From positions 1 through 54,380 of the forward strand of contig SLKS01000311.1 of the NCBI GenBank assembly GCA_007134465.1: a stretch of 54,380 bases of DNA, given 5' to 3'. Each line of letters starts with the position of its first letter. Position 1 is the first letter of the stretch. The position numbers were made by a program, and so were the translations under genes. Positions 27,711 through 41,000 of the stretch are shown in pieces. This stretch comes from Kiritimatiellia bacterium (GTDB lineage Bacteria > Verrucomicrobiota > Kiritimatiellia > UBA8416 > SLMC01). The notes beneath the pieces were generated by a model. That model was not told the origin of the DNA, ran no database searches, and worked only from the letters and a program-made list of their open reading frames with translations.

Positions 27711-27995
27711 CTATTTTTGCGAAACCGTCTTGTCTGTATGCGAACCATGTTTGCGGAACACGCGTGTCGGGGCGAATTCGCCCAGCCGATGTCCCACCAT
27801 GTTTTCCGTCACGAAAATGGACACATGCTGTTTTCCGTTATGTATGGCAAACGTGTGCCCTACGAAGTCCGGTACGATCATGGATCGGCGCGACCAAGTC
27901 TTGATGATGCGCTTGTCTCCCGACCGGTTCATCGTTTCCGCTTTTTTCAGCAGCTTGGCGTCCACGTAGGGTCCTTTTTTTATCGAACGCGCCAT
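27711..27995 (-). CDS. rpsS: 30S ribosomal protein S19
   Basis: [16 protein letters not shown]........[21 protein letters not shown]. Confidence 0.95.
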   Translation of the reverse strand: MARSIKKGPYVDAKLLKKAETMNRSGDKRIIKTWSRRSMIVPDFVGHTFAIHNGKQHVSIFVTENMVGHRLGEFAPTRVFRKHGSHTDKTVSQK

Positions 27996-27998
27996 GGC

Positions 27999-28823
27999 CT
28001 ACGACCTCCGTTTCACAATGAAAGTGCTGGACGGATTCCGTTTCGACCGGGTTTTCCCGCCCTTGGCAAGCTTGCCCCATGGCGAAACGGGATGGCCGCC
28101 GCCGGAACTGCGGCCCTCGCCGCCGCCCATCGGGTGGTCCACCGGGTTCATGGCCACGCCGCGAACCGTGGGGCGAATGCCGCGCCAGCGACGGCGCCCG
28201 GCCTTGCCGTCGGACTGCGCGGAATGATCCGGGTTTCCGACCTGGCCAACCGTAGCCATGCATTGGACATGCACCTTGCGAATCTCTCCCGACGGCAGCT
28301 TGACGTTGGCGTATTTCCCTTCGCGGGACATGAGCTGGGCGCCTTCGCCCGCTGAACGCACCATCGTGCCGCCGCCACCGGGTTTCAACTCCACATTGTG
28401 CACGGTCATTCCCAGAGGAATGCGCGCGAGCGGCAGCGCATTGCCCTCCAGCGGTTCGGCTTCCGGACCCGACATCAGGTTCGCCCCGACCGTCAGTCCG
28501 AGCGGAGCCAGAATGTAGCGCTTCTCTCCGTCGGCGTAATGCAGCAGCGCAATATTGGCCGACCGGTTCGGATCGTACTCGATGGCCGCCACACGCGCGG
28601 GAATGCCATGCTTGTCTCTCCGAAAATCCAGTATGCGCTGCCGCCGCTTGTGGCCCCCGCCGCGATGGCGAACGGTTACCCTGCCGGATGCATTGCGTCC
28701 GGCCGTCCGTTTCTTGGACCGCACAAGCGAACGTTCCGGACGGTCGCGCGTTATCTCCTCGAACGTTGAAACCGAGGTGAACCTCATGCTGGCCGTTGTC
28801 GGCTTGTATTTTCTGTTCGGCAT
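27999..28823 (-). CDS. rplB: 50S ribosomal protein L2
   Basis: 274 aa. [18 protein letters not shown]; [14 protein letters not shown]. Confidence 0.95.
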   Translation of the reverse strand: MPNRKYKPTTASMRFTSVSTFEEITRDRPERSLVRSKKRTAGRNASGRVTVRHRGGGHKRRQRILDFRRDKHGIPARVAAIEYDPNRSANIALLHYADGEKRYILAPLGLTVGANLMSGPEAEPLEGNALPLARIPLGMTVHNVELKPGGGGTMVRSAGEGAQLMSREGKYANVKLPSGEIRKVHVQCMATVGQVGNPDHSAQSDGKAGRRRWRGIRPTVRGVAMNPVDHPMGGGEGRSSGGGHPVSPWGKLAKGGKTRSKRNPSSTFIVKRRS

Positions 28824-28852
28824 AATGAAAACCGTCCCCTTTGCTCGCCTGG

Positions 28853-29134
28853 CTAGGCCGTTTCGATCTTGTCTCCGGCCTTCAGGGTAACCACCGCGCG
28901 CTTCCAGTCCGGCCGCTTGCCATAGCGCGCTGTTCTTTCTCTCTTCCGCTTGCCCGGCATATTCATCGTATTGACCCGGATAACGGAGACCCCGAACATT
29001 TGCTCCGTCATACGCTTGATTTGAATCTTGTTCGCCCGCGGCGCCACTTCCAGCAAATACTGGTTGTTCTTCTCCGCAAGAGCCGTTCCCTTTTCCGTGG
29101 TCTGAACTTTCTTGATGATAACGGGCGAGTCCAT
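28853..29134 (-). CDS. rplW: 50S ribosomal protein L23
   Basis: [40 protein letters not shown]......FGV.V..VNT. This is the last 93 codons of track ORF 28853..29641. Its start overlaps the rplD stop by 1 nt. Confidence 0.9.
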   Translation of the reverse strand: MDSPVIIKKVQTTEKGTALAEKNNQYLLEVAPRANKIQIKRMTEQMFGVSVIRVNTMNMPGKRKRERTARYGKRPDWKRAVVTLKAGDKIETA

Positions 29135-29835
29135 CAGCTTGCTTCCTCCGAACCTGTTCCGGCTGGCGCGGCCTTTTCGCCGCTTCGATGGGAGCCGGCG
29201 CGACGCAAAGGCTCGAACCGCTTGCGGACGGCCGCCAATCCGTCCCGGTCCAAAACGAGTGTCGGATAGCGCATCACGCGATAGGCGCTGACGCTGTCCG
29301 CGCGAACCACCTCTACATTGGCGATGTTCCGAGTCGCGAGCCGGACGTTTTCCCCGACGGTTCCGAGCATGAACAGCGCGGGCGCCGAAACATTCAGCGC
29401 TTTCATGAGCGCGGTCCAGTGACGCGTCCTGGGTTCGTCCAGCTCGATGGCCTCGACGACTTTCACTTGTTCGGCGACAATCGCATCGCTGAAGGCCAAC
29501 TGAAAGGCAAGCCGGGCCGACCTGCGGTTGACTTTCACGGAATAGTCTCTCGGATGGGGGCCGAACGCGACGCCGCCGCCCCGCCAAACCGGCGATTGCT
29601 TGTAGCCGGCGCGGGCGCGCCCGGTTCCCTTCTGACGCCACGGCTTGGTTCCGCTGCCGGACACGCGCCCTTTCGATAGCGTGGAAGCCGTGCCCGCCCT
29701 GCGGGCGGCCTGTTCGGCTATCACGCTTTCGCGGAGGGCCTGGCGACCCTTGCTACGGTTCGGCAGCCGACTGTCCGGAAACTCGACCGTTCCCGCCTCG
29801 GCGCCTTGTTGATCGTATACCGTCAACTTGCTCAT
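29134..29835 (-). CDS. rplD: 50S ribosomal protein L4
   Basis: [11 protein letters not shown].....[13 protein letters not shown]...[18 protein letters not shown] overlap with the rplC stop. C-terminal low-complexity tail. Confidence 0.92.
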   Translation of the reverse strand: MSKLTVYDQQGAEAGTVEFPDSRLPNRSKGRQALRESVIAEQAARRAGTASTLSKGRVSGSGTKPWRQKGTGRARAGYKQSPVWRGGGVAFGPHPRDYSVKVNRRSARLAFQLAFSDAIVAEQVKVVEAIELDEPRTRHWTALMKALNVSAPALFMLGTVGENVRLATRNIANVEVVRADSVSAYRVMRYPTLVLDRDGLAAVRKRFEPLRRAGSHRSGEKAAPAGTGSEEAS

Positions 29836-30476
29836 GAAACCTTGTCCTTCTTCTTGCATGCCTTGCGCACCAGCACTATGCCGCCCTGCGGCCCCGGAAC
29901 CGCGCCCTGAACAAGCAGCAAGTTGTTCTCCGGGCGCAACCCGACGAGTTTAAGATTCTGCTGCGTGCGCCGAACGTTTCCCATGCGGCCCGGCATGCGC
30001 TGGCCCTTGATGACGCGCGCCGGAAAAGAACACTGCCCGATGGACCCCACACGCCGTTTCGAGTGGCCGCCATGGGTCATGAACCCGCCGCCCATGTTGT
30101 GCCGCTTGATCAGGCCGGCGAAGCCGCGCCCCTTGGTCATGCCGATCACGTCCACATGCGAAACGCCCTGGAAAATTTCCACTGTGGCCGCATCGCCCGG
30201 CTTCAGGTTCTCGTCGCCATCTTCCAGACGGAATTCCCGCAATCGTCGCTTGAACGAAGCGCCCGTCTTGCGGAAGCGACCCGCTGCCGGCTTGGTCAGC
30301 GAACGCTCGCGACAGTCTTCGAACCCCAGCTGGATGGCGTCGTATCCGTCGCGTTCCCTGGTTTTTCGCTGCACGACGACACAAGCGCCCGCCTCGATGA
30401 CCGTTACGGGAATGCGTACGCCGTCCTGGTCGTAGACCTGCGTCATCCCGAGTTTTCTTCCAATCAGTCCCCGCAT
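29832..30476 (-). CDS. rplC: 50S ribosomal protein L3
   Basis: MRGLIGRKLGMTQVYDQDG..IPVTVIEAG. Confidence 0.95.
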   Translation of the reverse strand: MRGLIGRKLGMTQVYDQDGVRIPVTVIEAGACVVVQRKTRERDGYDAIQLGFEDCRERSLTKPAAGRFRKTGASFKRRLREFRLEDGDENLKPGDAATVEIFQGVSHVDVIGMTKGRGFAGLIKRHNMGGGFMTHGGHSKRRVGSIGQCSFPARVIKGQRMPGRMGNVRRTQQNLKLVGLRPENNLLLVQGAVPGPQGGIVLVRKACKKKDKVS

Positions 30477-30487
30477 GGTATCCCCGG

Positions 30488-30796
30488 CTAGATTTTGATC
30501 GTGATGTCAACGCCCGCAGGCAAATTCAGCTTCTTCAACTCGTCCACCGTCTTGGCCGTCGGCTCCATGATGTCGAGCAGCCTTTTGTGCGTCCGCATTT
30601 CGAACTGGTCCATAGACTTCTTGTCCACGTGCGGGCTGCGGTTCACCGTGAACCGCTCGATACGGGTGGGCAACGGAACGGGCCCGACGATCAGCGCGCC
30701 CGACCCTTTCGCCGTCTCGATGATATCCGTTACGGCCTGATCCAGCACGCTATGATCGTAGGCCTGCAATCGTATCCGTATACGCTGTCCGTCCAT
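30488..30796 (-). CDS. rpsJ: 30S ribosomal protein S10
   Basis: [16 protein letters not shown]....I.......GP.PLPT.....[22 protein letters not shown]. Confidence 0.95.
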   Translation of the reverse strand: MDGQRIRIRLQAYDHSVLDQAVTDIIETAKGSGALIVGPVPLPTRIERFTVNRSPHVDKKSMDQFEMRTHKRLLDIMEPTAKTVDELKKLNLPAGVDITIKI

Positions 30797-30805
30797 GGGA
30801 GTATC

Positions 30806-32935
30806 TCACCTGTTCACAAGTTCGTCCCGCACCGAGGCGGGCGCCACATCAAGCTGTTCCGGTTCCATCGTGTGGCGGCCGTGCCCGGCCGTCAGCGACC
30901 TTATCGCCGTCGCATATCCGAACAGTTCCGCGAGCGGCACAACGGCGCGGACGGTCTGGTCCTCGCCACTGGCGACGATCTCCCGGATTTTCCCTCTTCG
31001 TCCGTTCAGATCTCCAATCACGTCCCCCACGTGCGCGCCGGGCGTTTCGATCTCCAGCGCCATGACGGGCTCGAGAATTTCCGGGCGGGCGGCAACGGCG
31101 GCTTCGCGAAACGCCAGCAGGGCGGCGGTGCGGAACGCGATTTCCGTGGACAGCGCCTCGTCGAACACGCCATCGACAATTCGCACGCCAACGTCACGCA
31201 TAGGGAAGCGAGCCAACACGCCGGTCGCGAGTCCGTCCTTGACACCTTCTTCGATGGCGGCGTGAAATCGTTCGGGAACCCGCCGCCGATCCGTTTCGAA
31301 AACAATCTCGTTGCCGGCCGACCGCTCGCGCGGACCGACCTCGAGAACAACGCGCGCGACTTGGCGCTGCCCGCCGGCTTCGCGATCGAACAAATGTTCG
31401 CCGCGCGCGGTGGCGGCAACGGTTTCGTAATAGGCCACCATGGGCTTGCCGACACGGGCATCCACTCCGAATTCGCGCCGCATGCGGTCGTGGAGAATTT
31501 CCAAATGCAATTCTCCCATTCCGCCCATCACCGTTTGCCCGGTTTCCTGATTGCAATGAACGACGCAGGTCTGATCTTCGGCGGCAAGCAGCGCCAGCGC
31601 CTGCTCGACCTGATCCTTGTCCGCCCGACTGCGCGGTTCCACCGCCATGAACATGACCGGTTCGGGAAAGGGTATTCGCTCCAGCTCGATCGGCGCGTTT
31701 TCGGCGCAGAGCGTGTCGCCTGCCGCTACGTCGCGCAGCCCGACAAGCGCGCCGATTTCGCCGGAGAACAGCGTGTCGGTTTCGTCGCGGCTGTCGGCAT
31801 GTAGCCGCAGCAGTCGCGTAGCGCGCATGCGTTGTTTCGTGCGGGGATTGTACAGATTCTGTCCCTTGACGATTTGGCCGGAATAGACGCGAACGAGGGC
31901 CAGGCGGCCGGCATAGGGATCGCCGGCCAGCTTGAAGGCCAGCGCGCACAATTCGGAGTCTTGCGCGTGGCGCGCGAGATCAACGCCCGTACGCGGATGC
32001 TTGCCGTCGACCGGCGGCACATCGAGCGGAGAAGGCAGGAAATCGGTGACGGCATCGAGCAACGGGCGCATGCCCAAATTGCGCAGAGCCGCACCGCACA
32101 GCGCGGGCGAAACGCGACAGGCCACGGTCGCCCGGCGGAGACCGGCCAGAACTTCGTCGGCCGGCACATCGGCGTTTTCCATATAGCGTTCCAAAATCGT
32201 GTCGTCGTTTTCCGCCAGCGTTTCCAGCATGCGCGCGCGCGCCTCTTCCGCGCGAGCCGCCTGGTCGGCGGGTATGTCTTCCCAGACGGGAGGGGTGGCG
32301 GGATCGATCGGGTCGTGCGCGCATGCGCGCATGCGCACCAGATCAATAATGCCCTTCAAGGCATCCCCGCATCCGATCGGAATCTGGACAGGAACAACGG
32401 TGGCGCCAAGCCGTTCGCGTACGCGACCGAGCACGCGCTCGAAATTCGCTCCGGCGCGGTCCATCTTGTTCACGAACACAAGGCGGGGCACCCGGTAGCG
32501 GTCCGCCTGGCGCCATACGGTCTCGGATTGCGCCTGTACGCCGCCCACGCCGCAGAACACGCCGACCGCTCCGTCGAGAACCCGCAGCGACCGCTCGACT
32601 TCGGCCGTAAAATCCACATGGCCCGGCGTATCGATCAAATTCACTTGCCGTTCCCGCCAGAAGAACGTTGTGGCCGCGCTCAGAATGGTAATGCCGCGCT
32701 CCTTTTCCTGAGCCATCCAGTCCATCACGGCATTGCCTTCGTGCACTTCGCCCATTTTGTGAACGCGCCCGGAATAGAAGAGCATGCGCTCGGAAATCGT
32801 CGTCTTGCCCGCGTCGATATGGGCAATAATGCCCATGTTGCGAACGCAATCCAGCTCGCGCAATCGCGTGCCATCGCCGCTGCCGCGCACCGCCCGATTC
32901 CTGTTGTGAGCTTTCTGTGTCAAAACCGCTGCCAT
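30806..32935 (-). CDS. fusA: elongation factor G
   Basis: 709 aa. [28 protein letters not shown]. Sits in the str-operon position after rpsG. The N-terminus is ~20 aa longer than usual, and an internal GVRGSG GTG is an alternative start. Confidence 0.93.
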   Translation of the reverse strand: MAAVLTQKAHNRNRAVRGSGDGTRLRELDCVRNMGIIAHIDAGKTTISERMLFYSGRVHKMGEVHEGNAVMDWMAQEKERGITILSAATTFFWRERQVNLIDTPGHVDFTAEVERSLRVLDGAVGVFCGVGGVQAQSETVWRQADRYRVPRLVFVNKMDRAGANFERVLGRVRERLGATVVPVQIPIGCGDALKGIIDLVRMRACAHDPIDPATPPVWEDIPADQAARAEEARARMLETLAENDDTILERYMENADVPADEVLAGLRRATVACRVSPALCGAALRNLGMRPLLDAVTDFLPSPLDVPPVDGKHPRTGVDLARHAQDSELCALAFKLAGDPYAGRLALVRVYSGQIVKGQNLYNPRTKQRMRATRLLRLHADSRDETDTLFSGEIGALVGLRDVAAGDTLCAENAPIELERIPFPEPVMFMAVEPRSRADKDQVEQALALLAAEDQTCVVHCNQETGQTVMGGMGELHLEILHDRMRREFGVDARVGKPMVAYYETVAATARGEHLFDREAGGQRQVARVVLEVGPRERSAGNEIVFETDRRRVPERFHAAIEEGVKDGLATGVLARFPMRDVGVRIVDGVFDEALSTEIAFRTAALLAFREAAVAARPEILEPVMALEIETPGAHVGDVIGDLNGRRGKIREIVASGEDQTVRAVVPLAELFGYATAIRSLTAGHGRHTMEPEQLDVAPASVRDELVNR

Positions 32936-32961
32936 GTTGCCGTGTTTCTCTTGTTAATTCG

Positions 32962-33432
32962 TCACCAGGCGTAATGGGCGAACGCCTTGTTCGCTTGCGC
33001 CATCTTGTGCGTGTCTTCCTTTTTGCGTACGGCGTTGCCCTGATTCGCGAACGCGTCCATGAGCTCCTGGGCCAGCGCCTTGGACATGGCGACGCCCTTG
33101 CGCGCCGACGAGTACTGAATCAGCCAGCGCAACGCCAACGCAAGCTGACGCTCCCGGCTCACGTCCACAGGCACCTGATAGGTGCCTCCGCCCACGCGCC
33201 GCGAACGGACTTCCACTCGGGGCTTGATGTTGTCAACGGCCCGAATCAGCGTTTCGATCGGGTCCTGCTTCGTTTTCGCGCCGATTTCCTCGAGCGCGCC
33301 GTACACGATGCGTTCGGCGACGGATTTCTTTCCGCGCTTCATCACGTAATGGATCATCTTGGCCACCAGCTCGCTGTCGAACTTCGGGTCGGGAGTCAAG
33401 ATTTGCTTTTGAGATTTGCGCCTGCGCGCCAT
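32962..33432 (-). CDS. rpsG: 30S ribosomal protein S7
   Basis: MARRRKSQKQILTPDPKF.S.LV.K.I...M..GKKS.AE.I.Y.A.... Confidence 0.95.
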   Translation of the reverse strand: MARRRKSQKQILTPDPKFDSELVAKMIHYVMKRGKKSVAERIVYGALEEIGAKTKQDPIETLIRAVDNIKPRVEVRSRRVGGGTYQVPVDVSRERQLALALRWLIQYSSARKGVAMSKALAQELMDAFANQGNAVRKKEDTHKMAQANKAFAHYAW

Positions 33433-33441
33433 GGCTGTCTC

Positions 33442-33819
33442 CTACGATGCCTTCGGCCTTTTCACGCCATACTTGGAACGGCTCACTTTTCTCTTGTCCA
33501 CTCCCAGGCTGTCCAGCGCGCCGCGCACGATATGGTAGCGCACGCCCGGCAAATCGCTGACACGCCCTCCGCGGACCAACACCACGCTGTGCTCCTGAAG
33601 ATTATGCCCTTCGCCAGGAATATACGCGTTGACCTCGAAGCCCGAAGTCAGACGCACCCGCGCGACTTTTCGCAGAGCGGAGTTGGGCTTCTTGGGCGTT
33701 TGCGTTCGCACGTCGAGGCAGACTCCGCGACGCTGCGGACATTTCTTCAACGCGGGCGACTTGCTCTTGCCGCGCGCACGTCCGCGTCCCTTTCGCACCA
33801 GTTGATTCGTCGTGGGCAT
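33442..33819 (-). CDS. rpsL: 30S ribosomal protein S12
   Basis: [12 protein letters not shown]....[34 protein letters not shown]. Start corrected from 33867. Confidence 0.95.
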   Translation of the reverse strand: MPTTNQLVRKGRGRARGKSKSPALKKCPQRRGVCLDVRTQTPKKPNSALRKVARVRLTSGFEVNAYIPGEGHNLQEHSVVLVRGGRVSDLPGVRYHIVRGALDSLGVDKRKVSRSKYGVKRPKAS

Positions 33820-33890
33820 TGCACCATCCTTCCGCTCGAACAAAAAAAGAAGCAAAGACCGTATCACATTCGTTTCGCGAAGATCAATGC

Positions 33891-36800
33891 TTATCCGAGC
33901 AATTCTTTCAGATTTTTTCCTGCCTCGTTATCAGGCAATTCGGGCTCCGAAAATTCGTCCGTTTCGATCGGCTCCGCCAGCGGCACCAGCTTGATGTTGC
34001 GATACATGGGGAACCCGGTTCCACCCGGGATCAAATGCCCCATAATCACATTCTCCTTGAATCCGCGCAATTCGTCCAGACGGCCGAGCGTGGCCGCTTC
34101 CGTCAGCACGCGCGTCGTATCCTGAAAGGATGCCGCCGAAATGAAACTCTCGGTCGAAAGCGACGCCTTGGTGATTCCCAGCAGCGCCGGCACCGATTCG
34201 GCCGGACGCTTGCCCTCCATCTTGGCCGCCTCGTTCACCTCGAGAAACGCCTGCTTCATCACCTGATCGCCCCACAGGAAATCCGTTTCGCCCGGATTGG
34301 TGATCTTGACCTTGCGCAGCATCTGGCGCACAATCACTTCGACATGCTTGTCGTTGATTTCCACGCCTTGCAGATGATAGACTTGCTGGACTTCCTTCAC
34401 CAGATATTCCTGCAGGGCCTGCGGCCCGCACACGTCGAGGATTTCCTGGGGCACGATGGGACCGTCCGTCAACTGCTGGCCGCGCTTGACCTTGTCGCCT
34501 TTAAAGACGACAATATGCTTGCCCATCGGAATCAAATGCTCTTCCTCGCCTCCGGTGGTTTCGTCGCGTATGATCAGGCAACGGCGCCCGCGCTGGTTCG
34601 GCCCGAAGTCCACAACACCCTCGATTCGGGCGATTTCCGCCGCGTCCTTGGGTTGCCGAGCCTCGAATAGCTCGGCGACTCTGGGCAGACCGCCGACGAT
34701 GTCGCGGGTTTTGGATTCCTTGCGCGGCGTTCGGGCCAGCAAGTCGCCTGGCGACACGGATGTGCCGGCATCGACCATAACCCGCGCGCCAGCCGGAATG
34801 GAGTAAAAACCCATGATTTCGCCGGAATCGTCGTTTCGCAAGATGATTTGCGGATGCAGCGACTTCTTGCTTTCCAGCACGACAATGCCGATCGATCCCG
34901 TCGCATCGTCCACTTCGCGTTTGATGGAGACGTTTTCGACAAAATCGTGAAAGCCGACCACTCCGGCTTGTTCGGCGAGGATCGGCACGCTGTACGGATC
35001 CCACTTGGCCAGCAGCTCGCCGGCGGAGACCGTATCGCCGTCCGCCTTGAATATCTGCGCGCCGATCGCCGCCGTATAGCGTTCAAGCTCATGCCCCGAG
35101 TTGCTGTGAACGCTAAGGATGCCGTTCTTGTTCAGCGCCACGAAATGGCCGCTAGGACTGCGCACGGCGCGCAAGTCGTGATGGCGCACAATGCCGCCTT
35201 TTTTGGCCACGATCTCGGGTTGCTTGAAGATCGCACTGGCCGTGCCGCCAATGTGAAACGTGCGCAAGGTCAGCTGTGTGCCGGGCTCGCCAATGGATTG
35301 GGCGGCGATCGTTCCCACAGCCGTACCCACGTCCACGGGCCGACCCGTAGTCAAATCGCGCCCGTAGCATCGCGTGCAGAGGCCGCGCCGCGACTCGCAG
35401 GTCAATACGCTGCGGATACGGATCGAATCCATGCCCAAACGTTCGATGCGTTCGCAAGCGCTCTCCGTGATTTCCTCGCCGGATTTCACCACGCATTGCC
35501 CGGTGATCGGATCCATGATTTCGTTCAGCGATGTGCGCCCCGCAATGCGGCGGCGCAGAGGGATCGTTTCCTCGTCGCCTTCCATAATGGCGCCCACCTC
35601 GACACCGTTGGCCGTGTTGCAATCCTGTTCCACGATAATCACATCGTGCGCCACATCCACAAGTTTCCGCGTCAGATAGCCCGCGTCCGCCGTTTTCAGA
35701 GCCGTGTCCGCCAACCCCTTTCGGGCGCCGTGGGTGCTGATGAAATATTCCAGCACGCTAAGCCCCTCGCGGAAATTCGCGGTGATCGGACGTTCGATGA
35801 TCTCTCCGGACGGTTTGGCCATCAGACCGCGCATGCCGCACAACTGGCGAATCTGCTGCCGACTGCCGCGCGATTTCGAATCCACCATCATAAAGACCGG
35901 GTTGCACTCGTCGCTGCCCTTGTTGTCCTCGATGGCGCGATACATCGCCTCGGACACTTCGTCGGTAGCCTGCGTCCAAATGTCGAGCACCTTGTTGTGC
36001 CGCTCGCCGTCGGTCACAACGCCTTGCCGGTACTGATTGCGAACGGTGGCAACCTGTTCGCGAGTCCGCTCGACGATGTCCGGCTTTTCGGACGGAACAA
36101 TCAGGTCCACAAGTCCGACCGAAACGCCGGCATGCGTCGCATACTCGAACCCCAGGCTTTTCAGCGCGTCCAGGATTTCAACCATGCGGGCATGAGGCGC
36201 CACAGCGTAGCAGCTTGCGATCAAATCTCCGACCATGTTCTTGTCGACCAGTTTGTTGACGAACCCGATTTCGGGAGGCAAAACCTCGTTGAAGAAAACG
36301 CGCCCCACCGTGGTGCGGATACGTTTGGAACTCTTGTCGCCGCGCAGCGTATCCCGGTTGAAATCCGGGTTCCGGAACCGGATCATGTCATGAAGTCCGA
36401 CATTTCCGTTCTGGTAGGCCAAGCGGACTTCCCATGCGTCGGCGAACAACGGAAGCGATTCGGTCTCAGGTTCGCCTCGGTCCGCGGCAAAGGCGCGCAG
36501 CTTCTCCTTTTGGCTCAAGGTGGTGAGATAATAGATGCCCAGCGCGATGTCCTGCGTTGGCGTCATCATCGAACGCCCGCTGGAGGGCGAAAAGATGTTG
36601 TTCGTCGACATCATGAGCAGCCGGGATTCCTGCTGGGCCTCGATGGAGAGGGGCACATGGACCGCCATTTGGTCTCCGTCGAAGTCTGCGTTGAACGCCG
36701 TACAGACCAAAGGATGGATCTGGATCGCTTCGCCTTCCACAAGGATCGGCTCGAAGGACTGAATGCTCAGCCGATGCAGGGTCGGCGCCCGGTTGAGCAT

Positions 36801-38069
36801 CACGGTCTTCCCTTTCACGACCTCCTCGAGAATGTCCCAGACCTCGTCCGTTTGACGTTCGATCAGCTTCTTCGCGCTGCGGACGGTATGAACAACGCCC
36901 ATGTCCTTCAACCGCTTGATGATGAACGGCTCGAAAAGAACCAGCGCCATTTTCTGCGGCAAACCGCACTGGTTGAGCTTCAGCTCCGGACCCACAACAA
37001 TAACCGAACGGCCGGAATAGTCCACGCGCTTGCCAAGAAGATTCTGGCGGAACCGGCCGCTTTTGCCACGCAGCATGTCGCTCAGGGATTTCAACGGACG
37101 ATTGCCCGCGCCCGTTACCGCTCTGCCGTGACGTCCGTTATCGAACACGGCGTCCACGGCCTCCTGAAGCATCCGCTTTTCGTTGCGAATGATCACGTTC
37201 GGGGTTTTGAGTTGCTGGAGATTCTTGAGACGGTTGTTGCGGTTGATAACGCGCCGATACAAATCGTTCAAATCCGATGTGGCGAACCGGCCGCCTTCCA
37301 GCGGAACCAGCGGACGAAGTTCCGGCGGTATGACCGGCAGCACGTCGAGAATCATCCATTCGGGCCGCGTTCCGCTGCTGCGAAACCCCTCGGCCAGCTT
37401 CATTTGCTTGGACAGTTTCTTGCGCGTCTGCTTGTTGCGCGTCTTGTCCATGGCCTCTTCCAGTTCCTCGAGAAACTTGTCCAGATCGACCCCGGCCAGC
37501 GCATCCCGAATCGCTTCCGCACCCATTTTCGTCTCGAAAGACGATTCGCCGTATTTCTCCGCCGCCTCGCGGTATTCCGCTTCGCCGAGCAACTGCCGGA
37601 GCTTCAACGGCGTATCGCCGGGATTCGTAACGAGATGATCCTCGTAATACAGAACTCGCTCCAGGCTGGAGGTCGTCATGTCCATCATGAGTCCGATGCG
37701 GCTCGGCGTGCATTTGAAGAACCAGATGTGCGACACGGGAACCGCCAGCTCGATATGGCCCATGCGCTCGCGCCGAACTTTCGACAATGTCACCTCAACG
37801 CCGCACCGGTCGCAAATGACGCCCTTGTGCTTGATTCGCTTGTATTTGCCGCAACTGCATTCCCAATCCTTCGTGGGGCCGAAAATGCGCTCGCAAAACA
37901 GTCCGCCCCGTTCAGGCTTGTAGGTCCGGTAATTGATTGTTTCCGGATTCTTGACCTCGCCCCAGCTCCAGGACCGAATGTTTTCGGGCGATGCCAGCGT
38001 AATGGCGATGGCATTGAAACCGCCGGTATTGGCATCCCCGATGATTTGCTTGGCGGCATGGTAGTTCAA
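33891..38069 (-). CDS. rpoC: DNA-directed RNA polymerase subunit beta'
   Basis: [48 protein letters not shown] aligns with E. coli residues ~17 onward. NADFDGD is present. The only plausible in-frame start is TTG at 38069, which overlaps the rpoB TGA (38066-68). The upstream part of the 1538-aa track ORF lies inside rpoB. Confidence 0.9.
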   Translation of the reverse strand: MNYHAAKQIIGDANTGGFNAIAITLASPENIRSWSWGEVKNPETINYRTYKPERGGLFCERIFGPTKDWECSCGKYKRIKHKGVICDRCGVEVTLSKVRRERMGHIELAVPVSHIWFFKCTPSRIGLMMDMTTSSLERVLYYEDHLVTNPGDTPLKLRQLLGEAEYREAAEKYGESSFETKMGAEAIRDALAGVDLDKFLEELEEAMDKTRNKQTRKKLSKQMKLAEGFRSSGTRPEWMILDVLPVIPPELRPLVPLEGGRFATSDLNDLYRRVINRNNRLKNLQQLKTPNVIIRNEKRMLQEAVDAVFDNGRHGRAVTGAGNRPLKSLSDMLRGKSGRFRQNLLGKRVDYSGRSVIVVGPELKLNQCGLPQKMALVLFEPFIIKRLKDMGVVHTVRSAKKLIERQTDEVWDILEEVVKGKTVMLNRAPTLHRLSIQSFEPILVEGEAIQIHPLVCTAFNADFDGDQMAVHVPLSIEAQQESRLLMMSTNNIFSPSSGRSMMTPTQDIALGIYYLTTLSQKEKLRAFAADRGEPETESLPLFADAWEVRLAYQNGNVGLHDMIRFRNPDFNRDTLRGDKSSKRIRTTVGRVFFNEVLPPEIGFVNKLVDKNMVGDLIASCYAVAPHARMVEILDALKSLGFEYATHAGVSVGLVDLIVPSEKPDIVERTREQVATVRNQYRQGVVTDGERHNKVLDIWTQATDEVSEAMYRAIEDNKGSDECNPVFMMVDSKSRGSRQQIRQLCGMRGLMAKPSGEIIERPITANFREGLSVLEYFISTHGARKGLADTALKTADAGYLTRKLVDVAHDVIIVEQDCNTANGVEVGAIMEGDEETIPLRRRIAGRTSLNEIMDPITGQCVVKSGEEITESACERIERLGMDSIRIRSVLTCESRRGLCTRCYGRDLTTGRPVDVGTAVGTIAAQSIGEPGTQLTLRTFHIGGTASAIFKQPEIVAKKGGIVRHHDLRAVRSPSGHFVALNKNGILSVHSNSGHELERYTAAIGAQIFKADGDTVSAGELLAKWDPYSVPILAEQAGVVGFHDFVENVSIKREVDDATGSIGIVVLESKKSLHPQIILRNDDSGEIMGFYSIPAGARVMVDAGTSVSPGDLLARTPRKESKTRDIVGGLPRVAELFEARQPKDAAEIARIEGVVDFGPNQRGRRCLIIRDETTGGEEEHLIPMGKHIVVFKGDKVKRGQQLTDGPIVPQEILDVCGPQALQEYLVKEVQQVYHLQGVEINDKHVEVIVRQMLRKVKITNPGETDFLWGDQVMKQAFLEVNEAAKMEGKRPAESVPALLGITKASLSTESFISAASFQDTTRVLTEAATLGRLDELRGFKENVIMGHLIPGGTGFPMYRNIKLVPLAEPIETDEFSEPELPDNEAGKNLKELLG

Positions 38070-41000
38070 AACGCGTCCCCCACATCGCGGATTATGCTGG
38101 ACGGCATATCCGCCCCGCTTCCTCGCATTTCCAGCTTCAGGCAAAGCCCCTGCAATTCGTTCACGAGCACGTTGAAGGATTCGGGGATGCCTGCTTCGAG
38201 CGTGTTTTCGCCTTTGACAATCAGCTCGTACATGCGGGTTCGGCCCGCAACATCGTCGCTCTTGACCGTCAGCAGCTCCTGAAGCGCGTAGGCTGCGCCG
38301 TAGGCTTCCAGAGCCCACACTTCCATCTCGCCCATGCGCTGCCCGCCATATTGGGCCTTGCCGCCCAACGGCTGCTGGGTAACCAGGGAGTAGGGCCCCA
38401 CGGCGCGGGCGTGGATCTTGTCGCTGACCAAATGATGCAGTTTCATCATGTAGATGTAGCCGACCACTACGCGTTGCGCGAACGGCTCGCCGGTGCGGCC
38501 GTCGCACAAGATCGCCTTGCCGTCCCGCGAGAAGCCCGCCTTCTCGATAAGGTCGGATACGTCCGATTCCGGTATGCCGTCGAACACCGGCGAGGCCACG
38601 TGCATTCCCAACGCCTTGCAGGCCAGCCCCAGATGGGTCTCGAACACCTGGCCAAGGTTCATTCGGGACGGCACCCCCAACGGATTCAGAACGATGTCCA
38701 CGGGAGTTCCGTCATCGAGGAACGGCATCTCGAAATCGGGCACAATCCGGGCGACCACACCCTTGTTGCCGTGCCGTCCTGCCAGCTTGTCTCCAACCGC
38801 AAGATTCTTCTTGGTGACGACATAGACCCGAGCCTGTTTGATGATCCCCGAATCCATCTCGTTGCCGTTTTCGATCCGGCCGACCGTGTCGTCGTGCTCC
38901 ACATCGAGTTCGGCGAATTTCGTCTTGTATTCTCCGACAATCTCGTCGATCTTCACCTGGATGGGGCTTCGCTCGATCTGGATGTGATCGCAAACGAGCG
39001 CCAGTTTGCGAAGCAGCGTCTTCGTGATCTTCTTGTTGGCCGGGATGACGATTTCTCCGGATTCGGCGTCGAGCACTTCCAAGGGAATTTTTTCGCCCAG
39101 CAAAATGTCGCTCAGCTTTTCGGCGATTTCGTCCGTCAACTTCTGTCGCGTTTCGCGATGCTCGTCCTTGGCGGATTTCAGTTTCTGCTTTCGCTCGGCA
39201 GGGGTGAAATCGGCCCGCGGCGTTTCCTTGTGGGCCGTCACTTTCACATCCATGACGATGCCATAGGTTCCGCTGGGCACGGTCAGGGACGTGTCGCGCA
39301 CTTCCGCGGCCTTTTTTCCGAATATCGCCCGCAGCAACCGCTCTTCCGGCGCCAGTTCCGTTTCGCTCTTCGGGGTGATTTTCCCAACGAGAATGTCGCC
39401 GGGCTTGACCTCGGCGCCGACGCGGATCACGCCGTCGGGCATTAGATTTCTCAGGGCCTCCTCGCCCACGTTGGGAATGTCGCGAGTGATTTCCTCCGGG
39501 CCCAGCTTGGTGTCGCGCGCGCCCACTTCGAATTGCTGTATGTGAACCGAGGTAAAGACGTCGTCGCGCACCACCCGTTCGCTGATCAGCACAGCGTCCT
39601 CGAAATTGTAGCCGCTCCAAGGCATGAACGCGACGAGCAGATTCTTGCCCAGCGCCATTTCGCCCTCTTGCGTGGCGGGGCCATCCGCCAGCACCGTGCC
39701 CTTTTTCACCTTTTCCCCAACGCGCACCACGGGCTTCTGATTGAAGCACGTGCCCGCATTCGAGCGCCGAAACTTCTGGAGCCGATAGACGTTGTATGTG
39801 GACGGATCCGCTTTTTTCCCGGGCATCTTTCCGTCGCGGGAAACCAGAATGGTGTCGGCCGACACATAGGCCACAATGCCCGGCTGGCTGGCGACCACCA
39901 CAACCCGCGTATCGCGCGCCACGCGCTCTTCCATGCCGGTGGCTACGAAAGGCCGTTCAGCGTTGAGCAACGGCACCGCCTGTCGCATCATGTTGGCGCC
40001 CATCAGCGCACGGTTGGCATCGTCGTGCTCGAGGAATGGAATCAGGCCGGCTGCCACGCTCACCACTTGCTTGGGCGAAACGTCCATCCATTCCACTTTC
40101 TCCCGCAGAGCTTCCATGAACTCGCCACGGTAACGGACGGAGACCGTGCTGTTGGCAAACCGGTTCTTGGCGTCCAGAGGAGCATTGGCCTGGGCAATGA
40201 CATATTTCTCTTCCTGGTCGGCCGTTAAATACTCGACATGGTCGGTAACGACACCCTTGTCTACTTTTCGATAGGGGCTTTCCAGAAACCCGAATTCGTT
40301 GATGCGCGCGTAAATGCACATGGAGGAAATCAGGCCGATATTGGGTCCCTCCGGCGTTTCGACAGGACAAATCCTGCCGTAATGGCTGCTGTGCACGTCC
40401 CGCACCTCGAATCCGGCGCGCTCCCTGTTCAGGCCGCCGGGCCCCAAGGCGCTCAGCCGCCGCTTGTGGGCCAGTTCCGCCAGCGGATTCGTCTGATCCA
40501 TGAACTGGCTCAATTGACTGCGCCCGAAAAAATCCTGGACGACCGCCGACAGCGACTTGGAGTTGACCAAACGCTGCGGAGAAAGAACACCCGTTGCGGG
40601 ATCGAACAGCGTCATGCGTTCCTTGATCAAACGCTCGGTTCGAGCCAGACCGATTCGGCACTGGTTTTCCAGAAGCTCGCCCACCGTTCGCACGCGCCGG
40701 TTGCCCAGATGATCGATGTCGTCGATCGTCTCTTCGCCTTTGCGTATCTTAATGAGATGGCGCACGGTCTCCACAACATCCTCGACGCTCAAAACGCGCC
40801 GTTCGCCTTCGTCCGTCTTCTGCTTCAGACCGAGCTTCCGATCGATCTTGTAGCGCCCTACCCGTCCCAAATCGTAGCGACGCGCGTCGAAAAAAAGTCT
40901 TTTCAGCAACTGCCGCGCATTGGAGGGCGTAGCCGGATCGCCTGGGCGCAGACGATGGTACATGTCCTTCAGAGCCTCGTCCGCGCTATGCGTGGGATCC

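Noticed and set aside
30797-30805. Apparent loss of tuf from the str operon (fusA directly followed by rpsJ).
   Set aside because: This is not a deletion artefact. A complete tuf sits at 45432..46640 in the tRNA-Thr/tuf/rpmG/secE context, and single-tuf genomes with this layout exist.
32870-32935. EF-G N-terminal ~20-aa extension considered as a novel feature.
   Set aside because: An in-frame GTG (..AVRGSGDG..) gives a conventional-length N-terminus. This is probably just start-codon ambiguity.
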